Positions 7,220-13,439 of a stretch of DNA of 64,000 nucleotides are shown one piece after another. The stretch is from positions 1-64,000 of the IMG/VR virus record IMGVR_UViG_3300017763_000002; one strand, 5' to 3'. Position numbers and translations under genes: made by a program. The first letter of the stretch is position 1; each line of letters starts with the position of its first letter. The notes under the pieces are model-generated. The model saw nothing but the letters and a program-made list of their open reading frames with translations. It did not search any database and was not told where the DNA came from.

Positions 7220-7409
7220 GATTTGAGATGATTGGCAATTCTGCTTGGCGAAGGTCGCTGGTCTTGTAATCCCAAACAACTTCGTTTTGTTGTATGTTGC
7301 GAGCGATCTCCATTGCTTGAGCGTGGGTCTTTGCGTTGTCTACGATTTTACCAAAGAGTCTTACATCGAACCAATTGGTAAAGTTTGGGTTTTTATCTAC
7401 ATTAATCAT
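7212..7409 (-). CDS. hypothetical protein, 65 aa
   Basis: ORF track; NPNFTNWFDVRLFGKIVDNAKT; promoter upstream. Confidence 0.7.
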   Translation of the reverse strand: MINVDKNPNFTNWFDVRLFGKIVDNAKTHAQAMEIARNIQQNEVVWDYKTSDLRQAELPIISNHG

Positions 7410-7417
7410 ATTAGTAT

Positions 7418-7445
7418 ATTCTATATATTAGAGGGTGAAAGTCAA
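7418..7445 (-). promoter_or_regulatory. sigma70-type early promoter (near-leaderless)
   Basis: TTGACT-16nt-TAGAAT; ATG 7409 is 8 nt downstream; shares TTGACTTTCACCCT with the promoter at 5346. Confidence 0.8.
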
Positions 7446-7507
7446 GCCTTTTTATTAAGGATTTTAGTGATGATGAGGATTTTTTCGCGTTCTGTGAGAT
7501 TTGTCAT
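7442..7507 (-). CDS. 21-aa micropeptide, LTEREKIL family copy 2 (not in ORF track)
   Basis: MTNLTEREKILIITKILNKKA; paralog of 5343-5420. Confidence 0.6.
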   Translation of the reverse strand: MTNLTEREKILIITKILNKKA

Positions 7508-7545
7508 TTTTATCTTTGTTATATTGTTTATCTTATTATGTATAC

Positions 7546-7574
7546 AACATACCACACCAATCGACAAAAGTCAA
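7546..7574 (-). promoter_or_regulatory. sigma70-type early promoter
   Basis: A-tracts, then TTGACT-17nt-TATGTT; A-rich leader to ATG 7507. Confidence 0.7.
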
Positions 7575-7613
7575 GTATTATTTTACTTTTTTTTACTTTT
7601 TTTTATTATTACC

Positions 7614-7690
7614 TAAGTCTTTGTGTATCCGGCACTTGTGGAAATTCGACAGGGCAAAAATCTTGCAAACTCTTGCCTATTAACGACTTA
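7614..7690. repeat. 77-bp double-dyad element, copy D
   Basis: TAAGTCTTTG-TGTAT-CCGGCACTTG, 27-bp core, CAAACTCTTG-CCTAT-TAACGACTTA; the terminal TTA is the stop of 7688-7912. Confidence 0.75.
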
Positions 7691-7912
7691 GAAGTCGTCC
7701 ATTAGTAGCTCGTCTAGTGCATAGGTGTCAAGCTCAGGGTCTTGGTAGTCTGCACCGTCGGGCGTGCTAGTAGTGCCGCATTCTACTAGATAGTTAGCTA
7801 GATCTTTATAGTGCACGAAACGCCTAGCAAGCTTGTATAAGCCTTCGTCGTTGCCTAGCCATAGGGCTACATTCCAAGTAACCCAGTTAGACCAACCATT
7901 ATACCCTTCCAT
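7688..7912 (-). CDS. conserved phage protein, 74 aa (YNGW.N..TWNVALW family)
   Basis: GYNGWSNWVTWNVALWLGNDEGLY is a recurrent phage motif. Confidence 0.8.
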   Translation of the reverse strand: MEGYNGWSNWVTWNVALWLGNDEGLYKLARRFVHYKDLANYLVECGTTSTPDGADYQDPELDTYALDELLMDDF

Positions 7913-8073
7913 TACTTCGAGGCGTTAACGGGGAAAAGACCATAACGACGAGAGCCGTCATTGTGTGCTATGCGAGAGCGTAGAAGTCGCTCGGCATCAC
8001 GCTGACGCATTGCTATGGATTCGACAACCCAAACGGCACCCGCTTGGTTGAGTATAGATTTAAGTATGTACAT
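7912..8073 (-). CDS. 53-aa hypothetical protein (not in ORF track)
   Basis: MYILKSILNQAGAVWVVESIAMRQRDAERLLRSRIAHNDGSRRYGLFPVNASK; TAATG coupling to the downstream gene. Confidence 0.55.
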   Translation of the reverse strand: MYILKSILNQAGAVWVVESIAMRQRDAERLLRSRIAHNDGSRRYGLFPVNASK

Positions 8074-8087
8074 TATTAGCCTTTCGT

Positions 8088-8384
8088 TTAGGATTCAAAG
8101 ATGTCACGCATTGCACCGCTTACGCAATTCATATCTGTTAGATTTTCGTCACTATCAAAGTCATCGTCTTCTTCTGCTTCGACTGCATCGAGAGATTCAA
8201 ACTCTCCTTCGATATCACGCTCGGATGCGTGTTGTATGCCATGCTCAAGAGTAAACTCCTCGTTTGCGATTTCTTCCTCAAGGTCATTGAGTAAGTCAGC
8301 AAACTTGCCTGTGAGTTTGTTGTTGTTCTCATTGGCGAGTTCAACGGCTTTAGCGATTAGAGAGATATTATTATCATTGTTCAT
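8088..8384 (-). CDS. very acidic hypothetical protein, 98 aa (start refined from 8420)
   Basis: D/E-rich (EAEEDDDFDSDE); the start fits the promoter at 8393-8420. Confidence 0.7.
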   Translation of the reverse strand: MNNDNNISLIAKAVELANENNNKLTGKFADLLNDLEEEIANEEFTLEHGIQHASERDIEGEFESLDAVEAEEDDDFDSDENLTDMNCVSGAMRDIFES

Positions 8385-8392
8385 AGTTATGT

Positions 8393-8420
8393 ATATTATA
8401 TTATATTGAAGTAATTGCAA
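8393..8420 (-). promoter_or_regulatory. sigma70-type early promoter (near-leaderless)
   Basis: TTGCAA-16nt-TAATAT; ATG 8384 is 8 nt downstream. Confidence 0.65.
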
Positions 8421-8433
8421 GAAAAAAGTGCGA

Positions 8434-8547
8434 TTATGCGAAAGTTTTTTTATGCTTTGCCTTGCGTGGAAGCATCTTATTCTTTAGCTTGTGAGGTCTT
8501 GCCTTAGTGAAGACCATCGGTATTCTAACTTTAATTTTCTTATTCAT
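8434..8547 (-). CDS. 37-aa very basic peptide (not in ORF track)
   Basis: MNKKIKVRIPMVFTKARPHKLKNKMLPRKAKHKKTFA; own leaderless promoter. Confidence 0.6.
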   Translation of the reverse strand: MNKKIKVRIPMVFTKARPHKLKNKMLPRKAKHKKTFA

Positions 8548-8553
8548 AGATAC

Positions 8554-8582
8554 AATCTATCAAACAAATGCCTAAAAGTCAA
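8554..8582 (-). promoter_or_regulatory. sigma70-type early promoter (leaderless)
   Basis: TTGACT-17nt-TAGATT; ATG 8547 is 6 nt downstream. Confidence 0.8.
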
Positions 8583-8613
8583 CAAAAACATTCAACTGTT
8601 TTACTGCACTATA

Positions 8614-8638
8614 CCCCCACCCCCGGTGACCCTACCCC
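8614..8638 (-). other. putative G-quadruplex motif at the early/late boundary
   Basis: The minus strand reads GGGG-TA-GGG-TCACC-GGGGG-T-GGGGG, four G-runs with short loops in an AT-rich genome. Confidence 0.6.
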
Positions 8639-8754
8639 TTTTGTGAATTAGAATCTCTAAACAGATCAGAAAATCCGGCGGGGGGTGGTATTTTTCAATA
8701 TCGAAAACAAAATTAAAATTATACAAATTAGCTTGGCCCAAAAAAATCCACGGG

Positions 8755-8759
8755 GTGTA
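8755..8759 (+). promoter_or_regulatory. GTGTA late-type promoter motif
   Basis: GTGTA-9nt-ATG 8769. Confidence 0.6.
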
Positions 8760-8768
8760 TTTACATAC

Positions 8769-9023
8769 ATGCCCGACGAACAAGACATGATATGGCTAAA
8801 AGGAATGCAATTAAAATTAAAAGGATGCGAGGCTAAAAACAGCGATATGAAATTTTTAATTAAATTAATGCAAGACGAATTAAACAAAACAAAACAATAC
8901 ATTCATTCAGAATGCCGCCGACCTGACTTTGAGTATTCAAAGCACGTTGACATGGCATTGTCGTGGACACCTAGAAAAAGAAAAAGAATAGTTACTCAAA
9001 TAAAAAATGAAATTAAAACGTAA
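8769..9023 (+). CDS. hypothetical protein, 84 aa (start refined from 8685)
   Basis: MPDEQDMIWLKG...; start placed by the GTGTA motif; overlaps the next gene. Confidence 0.55.
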   Translation: MPDEQDMIWLKGMQLKLKGCEAKNSDMKFLIKLMQDELNKTKQYIHSECRRPDFEYSKHVDMALSWTPRKRKRIVTQIKNEIKT

Positions 9024-9816
9024 AATATTGATTATGGGGTTGCCCGGTGCAGGTAAGACCTCTCTCGCTGAACTTTTAGTGCCTGCCTTAGGCGCTGTAT
9101 GGTTTAACGCTGACGCAATTCGTCAGGAAATACATAAAGATCTTGGATTTTCTGAGGAAGATAGAATAGAACACGCTCGTAGATTGGGAAAATTAAGTGA
9201 CTGGGCTGCCATGGGGGGTAACTTTGTGGTTTCAGATTTTTGCTGCCCAACAAAAGAAACTCGAGAAGTTTTTGAAGCTGATTTTACCATATGGGTGGAC
9301 AGGATTATGGAGGGCCGTTACGAAGATACAAACAAAATGTTTGAACGCCCTATGAATTACGACATTAGACTAACAGACGGCAGTCCAGAAGAATGGCTCG
9401 GAAAGGTTCTTAAAAAAATATACGAAACTGAAAAATGGGACAATCAAGCTCCGACAGCGCTTTTAATTGGAAGATACCAACCGTTTCACATTGGGCATAA
9501 AACGCTGGTTAATGAGGCTATTAAAAGAGTCGGTCAATGCTGTATTGCACTAAGAGATGTTGCAGGTACAGACGAAAGCAATCCTTATGATTTTGAAAAA
9601 GTTAAACTTGAAATCGAGAAAGCTTGCCTTGAGTTCGGAGATAAAATAAAAGTCGTTGAGCTTCCAAATATCACAGACGTATTTTATGGAAGGGGCGTAG
9701 GATATAATATCGAACAACTTGAACTTAGTAAAGAAATGCAGGATGTTTCAGCAACAAAGATTAGATCGGGACAAATTGGCCAAGACGGCAAACCTACTGG
9801 CAAGAGACCTGAGTAG
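9007..9816 (+). CDS. cysC: adenylylsulfate (APS) kinase fused to a HIGH-motif nucleotidyltransferase domain
   Basis: P-loop GLPGAGKT and DAIR...DLGFSEEDRIEHARR as in CysC; C-terminal IGRYQPFHIGH and VSATKIRS of the cytidylyltransferase/NMNAT-like fold. Confidence 0.85.
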   Translation: MKLKRKILIMGLPGAGKTSLAELLVPALGAVWFNADAIRQEIHKDLGFSEEDRIEHARRLGKLSDWAAMGGNFVVSDFCCPTKETREVFEADFTIWVDRIMEGRYEDTNKMFERPMNYDIRLTDGSPEEWLGKVLKKIYETEKWDNQAPTALLIGRYQPFHIGHKTLVNEAIKRVGQCCIALRDVAGTDESNPYDFEKVKLEIEKACLEFGDKIKVVELPNITDVFYGRGVGYNIEQLELSKEMQDVSATKIRSGQIGQDGKPTGKRPE

Positions 9817-9893
9817 TTTTGTCCCATTTTGGGCTGTAAGCCCTTTATTATTCATGTGTTTAATTGGCATAAAGATTGCAATACTATGTTTAT

Positions 9894-10265
9894 ATGAAAA
9901 ATTCACTAATAACTAACTTCTTGGGCGAGCCCAGCTTGCTCAGCGCGATGGATTCAATTATTGATTACAGTGTTGACTCCTATAAATATAGAACAACTCT
10001 AGAAAAAAAAGACAATGGGTATATCGTAACCGCTCAAGTTCCTGGAATGTCAAAAGAAGACATCTCTATTAAATTAGAAGATTCCGTGCTCAAAATAACT
10101 GGAGAAAAACAAGTTAATGAAAGCATGACTACATCTATTAATAAAGACTTCACTATAAGTAGTAGTATTAATACAAGCAAAATCGAAGCTAAGGTTGAAA
10201 ATGGTATACTTAACGTTTTTATTCCTCAAAAAGAAAATAAATCAAAAAAAATTCCAATTAATTGA
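9894..10265 (+). CDS. small heat shock protein (Hsp20/alpha-crystallin), start refined from 9876
   Basis: AQVPGMSKEDISIKLEDSVLKITGEK and IEAKVENGILNVFIP. Confidence 0.9.
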   Translation: MKNSLITNFLGEPSLLSAMDSIIDYSVDSYKYRTTLEKKDNGYIVTAQVPGMSKEDISIKLEDSVLKITGEKQVNESMTTSINKDFTISSSINTSKIEAKVENGILNVFIPQKENKSKKIPIN

Positions 10266-10398
10266 TCCAAGTATAGTTCTAGATCGTTATCTATCTCACT
10301 ATGCTATCTAATAAACAATGTTTGAATCTGGCCAAATTTATGGTTTCTGTAATTTTTACTGCAATCAGCTCAATGGTAACCTATTTGAATTCAATGGT

Positions 10399-11007
10399 TT
10401 AATCGTTTTTGTACATTAACGATTGATATTCAACCATAATTTCTCGATAACCATGCTTTTTTAGATAAGGAATACTGTAAGTACTCTTAGAATCTCCCTC
10501 TGGAGTGTGAACGTCGTCGTGAAGAATAAGCGATTCTTTAGAAAGTAAATCATTTTCTAAAGCGTACTTAACATCTTTCAAGTGTTCAAGGCAAGCTTCT
10601 TCTCCACTTTCTAGATGATCCATATATAACAAGTCAATCTGATTTGGTTTTGGAAGAGATTCAAGAAAAACTTCTGCTGTAGATTCATACAGAATAACAT
10701 TAGGATTATTTTCGCACATTTTTCTAGCAACAAATATTGCTTCAGGCAAAGGATCCACAGAATATATTGTGGCTTGAGGTAAATTGTCCGCAAAAACCTT
10801 AGTAAAGCATCCCGCGCCCCAGTCCCAAACTGAGGGATCTTCATCGTAATGCTCGATGTCGGTGGTAAATATTTGCTGTCTAAATGATCTCGTAGTCCCA
10901 AGTTCAACAATATTTAATTCCCCACGCGTATCCAATATTTCTTTGCATAATTCGAATGTCTTCTTAAATGTATTTCGTCTTCTTCCCAGAAACTCTTCGT
11001 ATTTCAT
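10399..11007 (-). CDS. class I SAM-dependent methyltransferase (Methyltransf_24-like)
   Basis: IVELGTTR, YSVDP, IDLLYMDH and LILHDD motifs. Confidence 0.7.
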   Translation of the reverse strand: MKYEEFLGRRRNTFKKTFELCKEILDTRGELNIVELGTTRSFRQQIFTTDIEHYDEDPSVWDWGAGCFTKVFADNLPQATIYSVDPLPEAIFVARKMCENNPNVILYESTAEVFLESLPKPNQIDLLYMDHLESGEEACLEHLKDVKYALENDLLSKESLILHDDVHTPEGDSKSTYSIPYLKKHGYREIMVEYQSLMYKND

Positions 11008-11009
11008 AA

Positions 11010-11591
11010 TTATTTTTTGTAGATTTGACCTATTCCTGTGTTTCTTGGGGTTTCCCAGGTTTCGCCATAAGGGTCACAAGCTTTTTTAACACCTGGGCAC
11101 TTATGAAAACCATAATCATGAGTCAATATCTTGCCTCCAGGAACTACTTTATCATAAAAATGATTTAAGCAAGCTTTAGTGGGTATATAATGATCTAAGT
11201 CTAACCATAAAACAGCAATATTATTTACGTTAACTGATTGTATTGTATTTTCATCTATAAACATTGGGTATGTTCGCGGCACTTTAATATTGTTTTTTGT
11301 AAAATTATCTATCCATTTATCCAGCCCTCCAGCGTTGAACTCTCCTGCAAAGCATGGGTTTTCACACATATCTTCTTCTGCTGGTGGCGCTAAACCTTCA
11401 AACGAATCAATAGCGTGGTATTCTCGTTCTGGAGAAGTTAAAGTCATTGACATTACATCTCCTCCTAAATATGTGCCAGCAATAACAACATTACCTTGAG
11501 GAGCGAAAGCAACAGTATTAATTAGATGATTGATTTCATATACAGTAAGAGCAGTATATTCTTTAATTTGATTATATATATTGTTTGTCAT
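11010..11591 (-). CDS. TylF/MycF-like sugar O-methyltransferase (start refined from 11624)
   Basis: GNVVIAGTYLGG, IDSFEGL, LWLDLDHYIPTK and PGGKILTHDYG motifs; ATGA overlap with the upstream gene. Confidence 0.8.
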   Translation of the reverse strand: MTNNIYNQIKEYTALTVYEINHLINTVAFAPQGNVVIAGTYLGGDVMSMTLTSPEREYHAIDSFEGLAPPAEEDMCENPCFAGEFNAGGLDKWIDNFTKNNIKVPRTYPMFIDENTIQSVNVNNIAVLWLDLDHYIPTKACLNHFYDKVVPGGKILTHDYGFHKCPGVKKACDPYGETWETPRNTGIGQIYKK

Positions 11592-12397
11592 AATTTTTCT
11601 ATAAAAATTCCTATTGAAGTGCATGTAAACCCTTCGAATGATAACTTTAGGTGTGGGTCTTGAGTATAAGGGGGTACATCTATGTATCCATCATAAACTA
11701 AATCGCCTGAAGAAAAATCCATTTCACAAGCTTTATATCCCATTTGATTTGCAGTGTTTATTAATCTTTCAATATCCTGGCGGCGGTATATACAGGTTGA
11801 TGGATGTTCTAAAGTTTCTTGATTTGATGAAACGTTGTACTCTGTTGTATGTACAGCTATACCTCCTTTTTTTAAAGTTTTCATGCTATTAAGTATAAAA
11901 TCTATACCTTTCTGTAATGATCCTAAATGCTCTAGACTACATGCACTCCAATTAAAGTCAAAACTATCATTAAATTCATCTTGTATATTATTCATATCTA
12001 TACATCTATATTGTACATAATTATAAAAAGTGTCTCTATCGCAGAACTTTGGCAGCCATTTCTCAAAGGAGCTCAATGAATCAGAGTGTTGATCTGTGGC
12101 TATCCACCCACTTTTCTCGGCGGCTTCTTTATCCTGATCACTAGCAACTATATCCACTCCCTCAGTAGCTAATGCAGGAACTAAATATTCTTCTCCACAT
12201 CCAAACCCCAACCCTTTCTTACCAGGCTTCAGCATTCCCTTTTGTTCTAATACATTATATATCCATATCATCTCCCATACTTTACGATGATAATATACTT
12301 CTTGATCAAACTTATTTCTATTTATTCTTACAGAAGATACTGAATCTAAATGTGACTGCTTACATAAACTACCAATTAAATCAATATTTTTATTCAT
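11588..12397 (-). CDS. class I SAM-dependent methyltransferase
   Basis: KGLGFGCGEE, VASD, SFDFNWSACSLEHLG and LKKGGIAVHTTEY motifs. Confidence 0.8.
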   Translation of the reverse strand: MNKNIDLIGSLCKQSHLDSVSSVRINRNKFDQEVYYHRKVWEMIWIYNVLEQKGMLKPGKKGLGFGCGEEYLVPALATEGVDIVASDQDKEAAEKSGWIATDQHSDSLSSFEKWLPKFCDRDTFYNYVQYRCIDMNNIQDEFNDSFDFNWSACSLEHLGSLQKGIDFILNSMKTLKKGGIAVHTTEYNVSSNQETLEHPSTCIYRRQDIERLINTANQMGYKACEMDFSSGDLVYDGYIDVPPYTQDPHLKLSFEGFTCTSIGIFIEKL

Positions 12398-12570
12398 TGC
12401 TTATTATAATAACTTTCGGGGCTCTGTCGTAGACTGTAAAAACGTTGTTTTACATACTTCAAACCCCCACAACTTACTTATTTTATTCTGCCTTTTATGC
12501 ATATAGTATAATAACATTTTTTTAACAAAACAGCTAATATAATTTTTTTTATTTTGCTATAATGCCCTTC

Positions 12571-12644
12571 AGGCGATTCCGGCGTCAGCCGATACTATTA
12601 TAATTATTTATAAATTAATATTATTTATTGAATTGATATCGCCT
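12571..12644 (+). ncRNA. candidate small structured RNA
   Basis: TG-extended TATAAT at 12555-12563; 7-bp terminal stem AGGCGAT/ATCGCCT; internal CGGC-GTCA-GCCG hairpin; no ORF. Confidence 0.3.
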
Positions 12645-12665
12645 CAAACTGATAGGCATATAATT

Positions 12666-13394
12666 TTATAACATTCGCTTTATGACGTCCTCATTATCTA
12701 TTAAAATATAGTCTTGGGCTTTATTTCTTTCTGCAGTATTTGGTAGAAATTGTCCAAGAACTTCCAAAAACCTTCCGTTCCATTCTGCTCCCATGTTTTT
12801 CTTAGCCAAAAATTCCATATGATTTTTTACATCATGAATACTGTAACCCATGAAATGAATCAAGAAGTCCCCAGCTTTAAATTCAGATGGGTATTGATTG
12901 AACATTTTCCTAGGCCACGCCTCAAAGGGGTCTTCTTCTTTTTGAAGCAAGTTGATTAAAGGCGTTTGATCTCCGCCGTTCACCCTCCATTCTGGATCTA
13001 AGGTTTTAGGTAAAGAATCCCACCACTTCCAGAGAAGGTCGATTCCTCGGTATGAATTCTTCCAAATTAAAACTCCAGCATTTAGAGGCCAACTTCCTAC
13101 ATCATCAGCATAGTATACGTCTTTTGATAAGTCTTTTCTAATTATATCTTCAAGCAAAATATCATCATTTACAAAACAAGCATCTAAATCCATAAACACC
13201 ACGTAATCATATTTGTAAATATGTTTTAAAACAATGTATGGCTTTTGATTTGTTGGATTTACATCTGGAAAAGCAGATTCTTCTGCGATGTGATCGTATC
13301 CATGCTTCTCGCAATATAAAGAATTCATGTGCATGCACCCTATCATATTATTAGCGAAAGCTTTATCTCCTAATTGAACTACAGCAATTTTCAT
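12666..13394 (-). CDS. GT34/MNN10-like glycosyltransferase (start refined from 13487)
   Basis: YDYVVFMDLDA (DxD), LNAGVLIW, GDQT and FLIHFMG motifs. Confidence 0.8.
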   Translation of the reverse strand: MKIAVVQLGDKAFANNMIGCMHMNSLYCEKHGYDHIAEESAFPDVNPTNQKPYIVLKHIYKYDYVVFMDLDACFVNDDILLEDIIRKDLSKDVYYADDVGSWPLNAGVLIWKNSYRGIDLLWKWWDSLPKTLDPEWRVNGGDQTPLINLLQKEEDPFEAWPRKMFNQYPSEFKAGDFLIHFMGYSIHDVKNHMEFLAKKNMGAEWNGRFLEVLGQFLPNTAERNKAQDYILIDNEDVIKRML

Positions 13395-13404
13395 TACTAT
13401 AATA

Positions 13405-13428
13405 TACACATGCAAAATTAATAGTGTA
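13405..13428. promoter_or_regulatory. divergent pair of GTGTA motifs
   Basis: Minus strand GTGTA(13409-13405)-10nt-ATG 13394; plus strand GTGTA(13424-13428)-11nt-ATG 13440. Confidence 0.65.
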
Positions 13429-13439
13429 AAATATATTAT

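Noticed and set aside
1280-7690. The dyad elements as integron attC sites or a CRISPR array
   Set aside because: They lack the RYYYAAC/GTTRRRY core sites of attC, no integrase is in the window, the copies are too divergent and too far apart for CRISPR repeats, and no spacer periodicity is present.
1074-8409. Many overlapping opposite-strand or alternate-frame ORFs in the early region (for example 1074-1361, 1122-1307, 2044-2454, 4844-5260, 7245-7616, 8101-8409)
   Set aside because: They are shadows of better-supported genes or run across promoters and dyad elements; they have no promoter, no coupling and no recognisable motif.
9840-9894. Heat-shock regulatory site (CIRCE or sigma32) before Hsp20 or clpC
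   Set aside because: No TTAGCACTC-N9-GAGTGCTAA or clear CTTGAA/CCCCAT pair is present; only a -10-like TACTAT lies 6 nt before the Hsp20 ATG.
12404-12502. 32-codon minus-strand ORF (MHKRQNKISKLWGFEVCK...)
   Set aside because: It has no recognisable motif and overlaps a hairpin-rich segment better explained as RNA structure.
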